From Oscillospiraceae bacterium (GTDB lineage Bacteria > Bacillota > Clostridia > Oscillospirales > Oscillospiraceae), in contig SVMF01000012.1 in the NCBI GenBank assembly GCA_015067565.1, forward strand, positions 3,059 through 67,058: a stretch of 64,000 nucleotides of DNA, read 5' to 3'. Of this stretch, positions 1 through 9,112 are shown in pieces; within the stretch, counting starts at the first letter, position 1, and every line of letters starts with the position of its first letter. The notes beneath the pieces are model-generated. The model searched no databases, had not been told where the DNA came from, and was given only the letters and a program-made list of their open reading frames with translations. Made by a program: the position numbers and the translations under genes.

Positions 1-1564
1 TGCCAAAGACAGTGTACTTTCTTACGGCTTCGTCAAAGTCCTGCTCGGTTTTCAGCGTCGTGCTGTCGATATAGCGATCTGCATTGAGAATGCCTGCACG
101 GGTCGCCACCTCAGAGACGGTGATCGGATTATCGCCTGAAATCACGCGAACAGAAACACCTTGTGAAGCAAAGTATTTGAAGGTATCCTTGGCATCAGGC
201 CTAAGCAGGTTGTTGAGGAATACCAGTGCCACAGGGGTCACAAGAGTCGGATCAAGCTTTTGCGTCAGCTCCTGCTCATAGGAAGCCAACAGCAACACTC
301 TGCAGCCCTTTGCAGACCAAGGCTCTGCTTGGCCTCTGACAAGATCATACCGGTCCGACAGGACGAATTCCGGCGCTCCAATGATGAATCGGCCGTTTTC
401 GCCAAAGTCAGCGGCAGACCATTTACTCGAGGAGGAGAACGGAATTCGCTTGACGGCCTTCCAGTTCGTTTTCTCTGCAAACTGGCTGCTCATGGCCTGT
501 GCCGTTTCGTTATCGGGTTCTTCGCCATAATAAAACGCGGCCAGTATGGATTCGATCTGATCATACGAAAAAATTTGTTCGTCGATCGGGAAAATATCGG
601 CAACCTCCATTTTGGGCTCAGTGATCGTGCCAGTCTTGTCCACGCATAGAATATCCACATGCGCCAAAGTCTCGATGCAGTTCATATCCTGCACCAAAAC
701 GCGCTTGTTGGCAAGCTTCAGGCAGCTTGCAGCAATTGCGATGCTGGTCAGAAGATACAATCCCTCAGGAATCATTCCGATGAGGGCAGAAACGGTTTTT
801 TCGATGGAAATTTTTAGGGAAAGATTTAAGAAATCCGGATGGAAATGACGAATAAACAAAATGATTCCAAGCGGAATCAACGCAAAGCCGACTGCACGGA
901 TGAGCTTCGTCAAAGAGAGCATCATTTCAGACTGTGTGGAATGCGTATTTGCGCGTGCCTCCGCAGCGAGTTTTGCTGCATAGCAATTGGCACCAACCCT
1001 TGTCAGGCGGCTTTTGCAGCGGCCGGAAATGACAAAGCTGCCGGATTTAAGCTCATCTCCCACCTTCTTGATGATGGCATCAGCCTCACCGGTCAGAAGC
1101 GACTCATTGACCTGCACCTCACCATCGCATACAACCGCATCGGCACAGATCTGATTGCCAGCAGAAAATTCAACAATGTCATCACGTACGAGCGCGTCGG
1201 TGCGAACAAGCCCCCTCTTGCCATCACGAATGACGCCCACCGAGCCTGCGGCAACCAAAGTGAGCTGGTCAACTGCTCTCTTGGCGCGGATCTCTTGGTA
1301 AATACCAATGAGCGTATTTGCCACGGCAATGATCAAGAAGCTCATGTTCATAATCGAGCCGACCATCAACAGAGCCGCTCCAAGGACAATGAATATCAAA
1401 TTAAAAAATGTAAAAACATTCTCGCGGACAATTTGTCGTTCTGTCTTTGTGTTGGAGGCCGGTGTAATGTTCAAAAGGCCGTTTTGCTGACGAAGTACAA
1501 CTTCATCATGCGACAGTCCTTCATTCAACCGAGCTTCCTTGACAGGGATCTGGCGATAGTTCAC
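1..1564 (-). CDS. Cation-transporting P-type ATPase (type II/CtpE-like), 3' part outside the window; absent from the ORF track
   Basis: Manual minus-strand translation gives NESLLTGEAD (A domain), IPEGL (M4), VDILCVDKTGTITE (phosphorylation Asp codon at 640, in frame with GTG at 1564) and VISGDNP. GTG start follows AAGGTGAG; an alternative in-frame GTG lies at 1579. Confidence 0.9.
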   Translation of the reverse strand, partial: MNYRQIPVKEARLNEGLSHDEVVLRQQNGLLNITPASNTKTERQIVRENVFTFFNLIFIVLGAALLMVGSIMNMSFLIIAVANTLIGIYQEIRAKRAVDQLTLVAAGSVGVIRDGKRGLVRTDALVRDDIVEFSAGNQICADAVVCDGEVQVNESLLTGEADAIIKKVGDELKSGSFVISGRCKSRLTRVGANCYAAKLAAEARANTHSTQSEMMLSLTKLIRAVGFALIPLGIILFIRHFHPDFLNLSLKISIEKTVSALIGMIPEGLYLLTSIAIAASCLKLANKRVLVQDMNCIETLAHVDILCVDKTGTITEPKMEVADIFPIDEQIFSYDQIESILAAFYYGEEPDNETAQAMSSQFAEKTNWKAVKRIPFSSSSKWSAADFGENGRFIIGAPEFVLSDRYDLVRGQAEPWSAKGCRVLLLASYEQELTQKLDPTLVTPVALVFLNNLLRPDAKDTFKYFASQGVSVRVISGDNPITVSEVATRAGILNADRYIDSTTLKTEQDFDEAVRKYTVFG

Positions 1565-1698
1565 AATCTCACCTTGCACGAAAATCTCATCTCTCTCTCA
1601 AGTTTTCTGATCAGGAATCATTATACCAAAATACGGAATCAATTACAACAAAAATTCTATTCTATCCATAAAAAATATTATTTTTTTGAAAATAACAC

Positions 1699-1727
1699 TT
1701 GCTTTTTTCATTCTTTTATGTTAACAT
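1699..1727 (+). promoter_or_regulatory. sigma-A-like promoter for rplS
   Basis: TTGCTT-17 bp-TAACAT with extended -10 TG. Confidence 0.55.
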
Positions 1728-1740
1728 ATAGCGGTCTGTG

Positions 1741-1800
1741 AAATGGGTGGTCCTCTGCGGCTTGGTCAAGCCGGTATGAACGCCTAATAAATAAGGAGGA
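1741..1800 (+). promoter_or_regulatory. Putative L19 leader structure in the rplS 5' UTR
   Basis: Hairpin CGGCTTG-GT-CAAGCCG flanked by GGTCCTCTG and ATGAACG directly upstream of the rplS RBS; resemblance to Firmicutes L19 leaders is from memory. Confidence 0.4.
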
Positions 1801-1807
1801 CAAGATT

Positions 1808-2149
1808 ATGGATTTAATGAAGGCTCTGACCAGCCAGTACATGAAGGAAGAACTGCCGACCATGAACGTCGGTGACACGGTTCGTGTTCATGTAAAGATC
1901 AAGGAAGGCGCTCGTGAGAGAGTGCAGGCATTCGAGGGCACCATCATTGCTCGCAAGCACGGTGGCATCGAGGAGTCCATCACTGTTCGCCGTCTGAGCT
2001 ACGGTGTCGGCTGTGAGAAGGTATTCCCCGTTCACTCCCCGAACATTGTCAAGGTTGAAACCGTCCGTCGTGGTAAGGTTCGCCGTGCAAAGCTGTACTA
2101 CCTCCGTTCCCGTCTGGGCAAGGCTGCAAAGGTCAAGGAGAGAGTCTGA
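1808..2149 (+). CDS. rplS: 50S ribosomal protein L19
   Basis: [49 protein letters not shown]; AAGGAGG RBS. Confidence 0.98.
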   Translation: MDLMKALTSQYMKEELPTMNVGDTVRVHVKIKEGARERVQAFEGTIIARKHGGIEESITVRRLSYGVGCEKVFPVHSPNIVKVETVRRGKVRRAKLYYLRSRLGKAAKVKERV

Positions 2150-2162
2150 TTCCGAAACAATA

Positions 2163-2197
2163 CCCTGTGCTGTTTCAGCACAGGGCTTTGTTTTTTC
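2163..2197 (+). terminator. Rho-independent terminator after rplS
   Basis: Perfect 10-bp stem CCCTGTGCTG/CAGCACAGGG followed by a T-rich tract. Confidence 0.85.
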
Positions 2198-2199
2198 TA

Positions 2200-2228
2200 T
2201 TGACTTTTGTTCTCAATTCATTTACAAT
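2200..2228 (+). promoter_or_regulatory. sigma-A-like promoter for the PH-domain/oadB operon
   Basis: TTGACT-17 bp-TACAAT. Confidence 0.7.
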
Positions 2229-2264
2229 TATATTGTAATATCATAAGAATAAGGAGGCACATTT

Positions 2265-2672
2265 ATGGGTTTCAAAGGTTCTATGTACATATGGAAAGAC
2301 CGAAAACGCTTCATGGGTATGCCCTTGAGCTTCACGCGTTATGCCATGAGCGAGGACCGGCTGTTTTTCTCCGTGGGCTTCTTCAGCATCCGTGATGAGG
2401 AGCTGCTGCTCTACCGCGTGCGCGACATGAGCGTCAAGCGCAATCTTTGGCAGCGGCTGTTCAAGGTCGGCAGCATCGTGATCAACTCCACCGACAAGAG
2501 CACTCCCCAATTCACACTGAAAAACATCAAGCATCCCATGAAGATCAAAGAATTGCTGCACAACAACATCGAGGAGACCAAGATGAAACGTCGTATGCGC
2601 ATCGGTGAGATGATGACCGACGTTCACGATGACGACGCAGATTTCGATGACGAAATTCCCGATCTGAATTGA
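2265..2672 (+). CDS. Bacterial PH-domain (bPH_2-like) protein with acidic tail
   Basis: TRY..SEDRL...GFFSIR.EE..LYRVRD..VKR.LWQRLFKVGSI.I.STD pattern; AAGGAGG RBS. Confidence 0.75.
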   Translation: MGFKGSMYIWKDRKRFMGMPLSFTRYAMSEDRLFFSVGFFSIRDEELLLYRVRDMSVKRNLWQRLFKVGSIVINSTDKSTPQFTLKNIKHPMKIKELLHNNIEETKMKRRMRIGEMMTDVHDDDADFDDEIPDLN

Positions 2673-2690
2673 TCATAAGGAGGGTTTAAG

Positions 2691-3815
2691 TTGGCTTCTT
2701 TATTTGATAATTTTTCCTTTATGATGGAAGGTACCAACTGGCAAATGATGGTCATGTGGCTCATCGGCGGTGTTCTGATCACACTGGCCATTGCCAAGGA
2801 TATGGAACCCACCTTGCTGCTTCCCATCGGCTTTGGCGCCATTTTGATGAACCTGCCGAATGTGGAGCTGCACACAATTGATGTGCTGTTTAACATCGGC
2901 ATTTCCGATGCTTTTGGTGAGCTGTTCCCACTGGTACTGTTCATTGGTATCGGCGCAATGATCGACTTTGGCCCGCTGCTTTCCAATCCGAAGCTGATGA
3001 TTTTCGGTGCAGCGGCGCAGTTTGGTATCTTCTTTACCTTCTTCATGGCAAGTCTGTGCGGTTTCAACATTGTTGATGCTGCATCGATCTCCATCATCGG
3101 CGCCGCAGACGGCCCTACCTCTATCGTCGTGGCACAGGAGCTCGGCACAAAGTATCTGCCCGCCATCATGGTTGCCGCTTATTCCTACATGGCACTCGTT
3201 CCCATCGTTCAGCCGCCCGTTGTCAAGCTGCTAACTAGCAAGAAGGAGCGTATGATCCGTATGCCTTACGAGGCAAAGGAAGTCTCTAAGATGACGCGCA
3301 TCCTCTTCCCCATCGTCATCACCATCATTACCGGTATGTTCGCGCCGAAGGCGGTTGCTCTGATCGGCTTCCTGATGTTCGGCAACCTCATTCGCGAGTG
3401 CGGCGTGCTGACCTCCCTCTCTGAAACCGCACAGAAGATCCTGGCGAACCTCGTTACGCTGTTCTTGGGCATCACGATTGCATCGAAGATGCATTATTCC
3501 GAATTCCTCAACCCCGAGACTCTGCTGATCATGGGCCTGGGTCTGGTGGCCTTCATCTTCGACACCGCAGGTGGTATCCTGATCGCAAAGCTGTTCAATA
3601 TCTTCCTACCGAAGGGCAAGAAGCTCAATCCGATGATCGGCGCTGCCGGCATCTCTGCCTTCCCCATGTCCTCTCGTGTCATTCACAAGATGGCTCTCAA
3701 GGAAGATCCGAACAATTTCCTGTTGATGCATACGGTTGGTGTCAATGTTTCCGGACAGATCGCATCGGTTATTGCAGGCGGCATCATCATGACGCTTGTC
3801 TATCAGCTCGGTTAA
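2691..3815 (+). CDS. oadB: Na+-translocating decarboxylase beta subunit (OadB/MmdB/GcdB family)
   Basis: MEPTLLLPIGFGAIL, IGAMIDFGPLL, IIGAADGPTSI, NPMIGAAGISAFPMSSRV, NVSGQIAS; strongly hydrophobic. Confidence 0.93.
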   Translation: MASLFDNFSFMMEGTNWQMMVMWLIGGVLITLAIAKDMEPTLLLPIGFGAILMNLPNVELHTIDVLFNIGISDAFGELFPLVLFIGIGAMIDFGPLLSNPKLMIFGAAAQFGIFFTFFMASLCGFNIVDAASISIIGAADGPTSIVVAQELGTKYLPAIMVAAYSYMALVPIVQPPVVKLLTSKKERMIRMPYEAKEVSKMTRILFPIVITIITGMFAPKAVALIGFLMFGNLIRECGVLTSLSETAQKILANLVTLFLGITIASKMHYSEFLNPETLLIMGLGLVAFIFDTAGGILIAKLFNIFLPKGKKLNPMIGAAGISAFPMSSRVIHKMALKEDPNNFLLMHTVGVNVSGQIASVIAGGIIMTLVYQLG

Positions 3816-3827
3816 GGAGGTTGGATT

Positions 3828-3983
3828 ATGCTGAATTATTTGTTTTCCGCAATTCCCGACCGTGAGGCCACAATTGGCGAGTCGCTGAAGCTTGTTGGCG
3901 AAGGCTGGGGTTCCATCTTTATCGTCATTGCGATCATGATCCTCGTGATCGTTGTGCTCAACAAGGCATTTCACAAGAGATAA
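3828..3983 (+). CDS. Small single-TM protein, OadG(gamma)-like partner (51 aa; below the ORF-track cut-off)
   Basis: AAGGAGG RBS overlapping the oadB stop; MLNYLFSAIPDREATIGESLKLVGEGWGSIFIVIAIMILVIVVLNKAFHKR. Confidence 0.75.
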   Translation: MLNYLFSAIPDREATIGESLKLVGEGWGSIFIVIAIMILVIVVLNKAFHKR

Positions 3984-3990
3984 ACTTTTA

Positions 3991-4110
3991 CCCGCCAAGG
4001 CTGATGCCTTGGCGGGTTCCGTATTAAGGCTCTTCGCTGTGCTCAGAATTACACAGAATGATATTTTCACGACAAACTGAGACCGCCAAGGCTGATACCT
4101 TGGCGGTCTT
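3991..4110. repeat. Two near-identical terminator-like hairpins, 90 bp apart, between convergent genes
   Basis: CCGCCAAGG-CTGATG-CCTTGGCGG (~3992) and CCGCCAAGG-CTGATA-CCTTGGCGG (~4083). Confidence 0.8.
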
Positions 4111-4114
4111 GATG

Positions 4115-4573
4115 TTATTCTTCGGAGTAATCCTCGTCAAAATCGAATTCCAAGAACTCATTGCACTTCGGGCAATGAATGGACTCCTTAAGGATCGTTT
4201 CCTCGTCCAGATGCAGCTCCTCGCCACAGGTCGGACAGATCACGTCGTAAATGACTTCCTCGTCATACTCAAAATCCTCGTCGTCGTCATCTACGAAGTC
4301 AAAATCCTCGTCATCATCATCTTCTTCGTAGTCGTCATCGTCGTCCTCGTCATCTTCCATCAGGAATTCCTCAATGGCATCGAGATCCTCTTCAATCTCG
4401 TCGAGCTCGTCGGATACAGCAATGGCATTCTCCTCAAGATCACTAATGGTGGAGGTCATGTCATGCAGCAAGTCCACGATGCCGGCAATCATCTTGCCTT
4501 CAGCCGTTTCCTTGTTCAGATTCAGGCCATCCATCAAGCCCTTGAGATATGCGGATTTTTCAGACAAAGTCAT
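4115..4573 (-). CDS. Acidic zinc-ribbon protein (CD1247 N-terminal-domain-like), downstream of efp
   Basis: N-terminal LSEKSAYLKGLMDGL, D/E-rich middle, CPTCG...CPKC at the C-terminus. Confidence 0.75.
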   Translation of the reverse strand: MTLSEKSAYLKGLMDGLNLNKETAEGKMIAGIVDLLHDMTSTISDLEENAIAVSDELDEIEEDLDAIEEFLMEDDEDDDDDYEEDDDDEDFDFVDDDDEDFEYDEEVIYDVICPTCGEELHLDEETILKESIHCPKCNEFLEFDFDEDYSEE

Positions 4574-4599
4574 TTTGTGCTCCTTTCTGCGTGTGTACC

Positions 4600-5163
4600 T
4601 TAGGCCTTGGCTCTGCCAAGATACTCACCGGTACGTGTGTCGATCTGGATTCTGTCACCTTCATTGATGAACAGAGGAACCTTGACTTCAGCGCCGGTCT
4701 CAAGCGTTGCAGGCTTGAGGGTGTTGGTAGCGGTGTTGCCAGCCAGGCCGGGCTCCGTCTTGGTGACCTCGAGGTCGACAAAGTTCGGTGCTTCAACGCT
4801 GAAAACGTTGCCCTTATAAGACAGGATGGTGCAGGTATCATTTTCCTTAACGAAGCGGAAGCTGGTATCCAGGATCTCCTGGTCAACGGGAACCATTTCA
4901 TAGGTCTCGTTGTCCATGAAGTAATACAGGTTGCCGTCCTGATAGGAATACTCCATCTTCTTGCGCTCAATATAAGCGGTCGGGTACTTATCGCTGGGGT
5001 TAAAAGTCGTTTCCGTAACACCACCGGTGATAACGTTACGCATCTTGACGCGGACGAATGCTGCACCCTTGCCGGGCTTGACATGCTGGAACTCCACGAT
5101 CTGCATAACCTTACCATCCATATCGAATGTTACGCCGTTTCTGAAATCACTAACAGAAATCAT
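4600..5163 (-). CDS. efp: Elongation factor P
   Basis: FQHVKPGKGAAFVR, EPGLAGNTA, VPLFINEGD.I.IDTRTGEY. Confidence 0.98.
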   Translation of the reverse strand: MISVSDFRNGVTFDMDGKVMQIVEFQHVKPGKGAAFVRVKMRNVITGGVTETTFNPSDKYPTAYIERKKMEYSYQDGNLYYFMDNETYEMVPVDQEILDTSFRFVKENDTCTILSYKGNVFSVEAPNFVDLEVTKTEPGLAGNTATNTLKPATLETGAEVKVPLFINEGDRIQIDTRTGEYLGRAKA

Positions 5164-5217
5164 TTTTTGTCCTCCTATTATTTCCCAAAATGGGCATAGT
5201 ATACTTAGTACATCTAT

Positions 5218-5246
5218 ATTTTAACCTATCATTCGAAAAAAAGCAA
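5218..5246 (-). promoter_or_regulatory. sigma-A-like promoter for efp
   Basis: TTGCTT-17 bp-TAAAAT on the minus strand. Confidence 0.55.
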
Positions 5247-5265
5247 GTGTTTCCTAAGAAATTCC

Positions 5266-6330
5266 TCAGATAATCAGTAATTCTTTCGGACTTTTTGTGA
5301 TATCGCGGCAACCGTCTGCCTCGAAAATAACTACATCCTCGATTCTGACACCGAATTTGCCAGGCAGATAGATGCCGGGCTCGGCCGATGCAACCGCATG
5401 TAGGGGCATCGGATCCTCGTTTCTGGGGTTGCAATTCGGGTCTTCGTGGATATAAAGGCCCAAGCTGTGACCGTAGCCGTGGCCGAAGTATTCCCCGAAG
5501 CCTGCTTCTGCAATGACATTGCGAGCTGCCTCATCAATGGCCTTGCCGCTAACACCGGCCTTACTGATGGCGATGCCGGCAAGCTGTGCCTTCAGAACAG
5601 TGTTGTAAACCTCCTTCATTTCCTCTGTTGCATAGCCGAAGGCAACTGTTCTTGTCATATCCGAGCAGTATCCCTGATAGATCACGCCGAAATCCATTGT
5701 GATAAAATCACCCTTTTGGATCCTGCGCTCACCAGGAACACCGTGAGGCATGGAGGTGTTCGGACCGGAAACGACGATCGGATCGAAGGAAAGACCGTCA
5801 GCGCCGTTCTTGTACAGGCAGTAAATCAACTCAGCAGCCAGCGCCTTCTCGCTCATTCCCTCTTCGATGCGCTTGATCACCTCACCGAATGCCTTATCCG
5901 TGATCTCTTGGGCCTTGATCATACGATCGATTTCCCAGGGTTCTTTTGAGGCACGGAAGACATCGATTTTACTCTGGATCGGAGTTAGCTCCGTGTTCAG
6001 CTTCTCCTCAAACACCTTTAATTCCGCGACAGTCAAATAAGCCTCTTCATAGCCAAGCTTTTTGATCTCGAAGGCTTCAATGGCATCGTTCAGTGCTTTG
6101 GAAAGTGGATACTCACGGTTGAACTCGATGACCTCAAAGCCTTCGATATTGTTAGTAGCCGATTCGATATATCGGCTGTCCGTGAAATATCGGGCACCTT
6201 TTTTGCCGACAATGGCATAGCCTTCAGAAATGTCAAACTCCGCGGCATACATACGGCTGTAGCGAGAGGTCAAAAATAGGCCATCCAACTCGCCAGTCAG
6301 CACGGTGCGATACTTTTCTAAGTTTTTCAT
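5266..6330 (-). CDS. Xaa-Pro aminopeptidase (M24B, creatinase N-domain)
   Basis: FDPIVVSG.NTSMPHG, DFG...GYCSDMTRT, HGYGHSLGL.IHEDP, EPGIYLPG.FGVRIED. Confidence 0.93.
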   Translation of the reverse strand: MKNLEKYRTVLTGELDGLFLTSRYSRMYAAEFDISEGYAIVGKKGARYFTDSRYIESATNNIEGFEVIEFNREYPLSKALNDAIEAFEIKKLGYEEAYLTVAELKVFEEKLNTELTPIQSKIDVFRASKEPWEIDRMIKAQEITDKAFGEVIKRIEEGMSEKALAAELIYCLYKNGADGLSFDPIVVSGPNTSMPHGVPGERRIQKGDFITMDFGVIYQGYCSDMTRTVAFGYATEEMKEVYNTVLKAQLAGIAISKAGVSGKAIDEAARNVIAEAGFGEYFGHGYGHSLGLYIHEDPNCNPRNEDPMPLHAVASAEPGIYLPGKFGVRIEDVVIFEADGCRDITKSPKELLII

Positions 6331-6827
6331 CGAATTACCCTCCTGTTTGCGGCCAAAGTCAAGAACGGAACCTCAAAAACATGCCGCAGCTTCAGCCAGA
6401 AATTATGATTGTGAATAGATTTTACGATCACAGAGGTCACCCCTGCCAAGTTTGCGCCCAACACATCGGTATAGATCTGATCCCCGATCAATACAGTCTG
6501 TTTTTTGTGCGCCTTATGAATCCGAACTGCCTCCAGGATTCCTTTGGTTCTCGGCTTCTTTGCGCCGATCACACAGTGAAGGCCGTATTTTTCCGCAAAA
6601 TCGGGGACTCTACGCTTATGGCTGTTGGAAACGATGCACAAAGTAAAGGCGTTTTCCTTCATCGTTTCAATCCAACGGAGCAGCTCTTCCGACGGTTCAT
6701 TTTTCGTATAGGGGAGCATCGTATTGTCGAAATCGAGCAAGACAAGCTTAATATGTCTTTCCGACAAAAATTGCGGTTCAATATCTATTAGCTTCGGAAA
6801 GATATACTTTGGTAAAAAGGATAGCAT
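6327..6827 (-). CDS. yqeG: YqeG-family HAD IIIA phosphatase
   Basis: LLDFDNTML, IVSNS, AKKP, IGDQIYTDVLGAN. Confidence 0.88.
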   Translation of the reverse strand: MLSFLPKYIFPKLIDIEPQFLSERHIKLVLLDFDNTMLPYTKNEPSEELLRWIETMKENAFTLCIVSNSHKRRVPDFAEKYGLHCVIGAKKPRTKGILEAVRIHKAHKKQTVLIGDQIYTDVLGANLAGVTSVIVKSIHNHNFWLKLRHVFEVPFLTLAANRRVIR

Positions 6828-6884
6828 ATTTCCTCCTAAATATCAATATGTTGTACCGAATTATTATAACATCAAAGAGGAGGT

Positions 6885-7520
6885 TTGTCTATCAAAATGA
6901 CGATCTATTTAGCAACAAAGTCGAATATTGTTCAAAAAACACCGCGATATTTATATGCTCAGCTTGGATATGGCTTTTATGCGAATGGTTCGGTACGGCT
7001 ACCACATTCCGTGGATACGGAAGCCTTGTGCATTATTGATGATCTGTATTTGCCAAATATGACAAATTCCGCCCTTCAACTTCTAAAAGCAAAAATAAAA
7101 AAAGGCTGCATTCTTGATTTCGAGCGTCAAGCCTCACCTATCCACAAGCGGCTCGTACATGCTCTCGGCGATAAGAAAATCATCGCCCTGCCCGAGGTCT
7201 ATCACGATCTTTCACCCAAATCTCTTTCGATCGTTTGCTGTAACGAGCCATGCAATCATTGGGAACAATTCTGCAGAAAACAGCAAAGCAGCCATCCCAA
7301 CGGATGGATGCTGCAGCTCAGTCCCTGGAATACGTATATGAAAGTCGCAGTGCCTTCTGAAGAAGGATTCTTGAAAAATGCGATCTGTCGATTCAGAAAG
7401 GAAAACGATCAGGTATTGTATTATGACACCAGACAAACACTGCATCAAAAACTGATTATCGCGCAAAATCACGGTTGCAAAGCCACCATCGCACTCTATG
7501 AAGAAGTGAAGAAATTATAA
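6885..7520 (+). CDS. Hypothetical protein, possibly a compact degenerate GH18 spore-hydrolase-like protein
   Basis: GAGGAGG RBS (ATG at 6897 is an alternative start). GCILDFE resembles the GH18 G-x-x-I-D-F-E motif; the C-terminal VLYYDTRQTLHQKLIIA resembles YaaH/YdhD C-termini. Confidence 0.45.
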   Translation: MSIKMTIYLATKSNIVQKTPRYLYAQLGYGFYANGSVRLPHSVDTEALCIIDDLYLPNMTNSALQLLKAKIKKGCILDFERQASPIHKRLVHALGDKKIIALPEVYHDLSPKSLSIVCCNEPCNHWEQFCRKQQSSHPNGWMLQLSPWNTYMKVAVPSEEGFLKNAICRFRKENDQVLYYDTRQTLHQKLIIAQNHGCKATIALYEEVKKL

Positions 7521-7550
7521 AAAAGCAGCCTTGCGGCTGCTTTTTTATGC
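7516..7550. terminator. Bidirectional terminator, copy 1 of a 35-bp direct repeat
   Basis: TATAAAAAAGCAGCCTTGCGGCTGCTTTTTTATGC; contains the stop of ORF 6885-7520. Confidence 0.85.
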
Positions 7551-7804
7551 AGTCTGTCGAAAAACTTGTTTTTCGACAGACTGACAGAGTTCAAAAAGTC
7601 GGCAAGACGAGCAAACCGAGCGCGTCGGCGTACGATGGTACGGTAGAGCTCGGTTTGCGATGTAAGTCAAAATGCCTTGCACAGCAAGCATTTGAAGTGC
7701 TTTTTTGCTGTATCGGAGATACGTTCGCAATCGCTTATTTGAATACAGATCGCCAACCGCCGAAAATTTGCATTTTGACGATTGGCGACTTTTTTGACTC
7801 TCTG
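7551..7804. mobile_element. MITE-like non-autonomous insertion (254 bp)
   Basis: Flanked by 35-bp direct repeats. A perfect 15-bp-arm hairpin lies at 7550-7583. Imperfect terminal inverted repeats CAGAGTTCAAAAAGTCGGCAA (7585) and TTGGCGACTTTTTTGACTCTCTG (ends 7804). Internal GCAAACCGAGC/GCTCGGTTTGC stem; no credible ORF. Confidence 0.65.
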
Positions 7805-7839
7805 TATAAAAAAGCAGCCCTGCGGCTGCTTTTTTATGC
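7805..7839. terminator. Bidirectional terminator, copy 2 (1 mismatch to copy 1)
   Basis: TATAAAAAAGCAGCCCTGCGGCTGCTTTTTTATGC; contains the xerD stop. Confidence 0.85.
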
Positions 7840-8718
7840 TCTCGGATGGAACTTATTGTATACCGTTTTCAGGTTCTGTTTGACCACCTGTGCATAGATC
7901 TGCGTAGAAGAAATGTCGCTGTGACCGAGCATTTCCTGCAGAGAATGCAGATCTGCACCGTTTTCCAGCAAATGGGCGGCAAAACTATGTCGAAGCGTAT
8001 GGGGGGTAATGTCCTTATTGATTTGCGCCATCTCCTGATAATGCTTGATGATCTTCCAGAATCCCTGACGGGTCATGCGATCACCACTCATATTCAGGAA
8101 CAGGGCCTCTTCATTCGGTCCGGATACCATCTTTGGCCTAATATCATTCAGATAATGCATCAATGCACGCACAGCCGCCTGATAAAGCGGAATGATGCGG
8201 TGCTTACCATTGCCCTCGCACTTGACGTAGGAGCCGGCTAAGTTGACATCAGACACATTCAGCGCGATCATTTCGCTGACTCTCATACCCGTTGCATAGA
8301 GCATCTCGAGCATCGCCTTGTCGCGATAACCCTTCATGTCGGTGCATTGCGGCTGCTCGAGCAGCTTCTCGACCTCACGGCCTGTCAGGATCTGCGGGAG
8401 CTTCTTTTCCGTCTTTTGCTGAGGAATCTCAAAGACCGGGTTGGCATTCACAAAACCCTCACTTACACCATAGGAGAACAAGCTCTTGAGCGAAGCGATC
8501 GACCTGGCGATGGTAGCGTTGGATTTGCCAACAGAATTCAAGTACTGCGTATAGCGACAAATACACTCACGATCGACCATCTCAATCGCAATGGTCTCAA
8601 AGCTATTCAAATATGTATGGAATTGACGAATATCACGCATATAAGAGGCAACGGTGTTTGCCGATGCATGTTTGATATTCAAGAGAAAATGTTCATATTC
8701 AAAAACAAGATCAGCCAT
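7834..8718 (-). CDS. xerD: Site-specific tyrosine recombinase, XerD-like
   Basis: RDKAMLEMLYATGMRVSE, HTLRHSFAAHLLENGADL, LGHSDISSTQIY; SAM-like N-domain; start set at MADLV (8718), 294 aa. Confidence 0.88.
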   Translation of the reverse strand: MADLVFEYEHFLLNIKHASANTVASYMRDIRQFHTYLNSFETIAIEMVDRECICRYTQYLNSVGKSNATIARSIASLKSLFSYGVSEGFVNANPVFEIPQQKTEKKLPQILTGREVEKLLEQPQCTDMKGYRDKAMLEMLYATGMRVSEMIALNVSDVNLAGSYVKCEGNGKHRIIPLYQAAVRALMHYLNDIRPKMVSGPNEEALFLNMSGDRMTRQGFWKIIKHYQEMAQINKDITPHTLRHSFAAHLLENGADLHSLQEMLGHSDISSTQIYAQVVKQNLKTVYNKFHPRA

Positions 8719-9112
8719 TACACAAACCTCACTGGATTTCCATTTTGACAAAAGACAAGATATTGTGTTCGGAAGATGCACGAATCACAATTTGTGCCAA
8801 AAATATTATTTATACCAACTTTTTTGTGCCTTCGATAGATACTATAGCGCAAAAACCCTTTATTTTCAATACTTTTTCTTGTTTTTGTAAATTTTTGTTA
8901 ATTATGCACATATATTATGTAAACTGCGTTATGTAAACCTTGTAACCAAAATGTTTCCGCCGCAACCACTCTGTAATCAGCCTCCAAGATATAGTGCATC
9001 CCCCTAAAACCGAGCACAATTGGTGGTACATTTTGCTTTTGCAAGTTTTCTTGCAATTGTCCAAAATCAATTTGTGCGTTTTTACCAATCGTTATTTCGC
9101 CTGGCATTATGC

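Noticed and set aside
4250-4400. GAC/GAT/GAG trinucleotide-rich tract
   Set aside because: Encodes the acidic linker typical of this efp-linked zinc-ribbon family.
8898-9107. 69-aa ORF upstream of xerD
   Set aside because: No recognisable motif or convincing RBS, and the 3' part runs into AT-rich promoter-like DNA.
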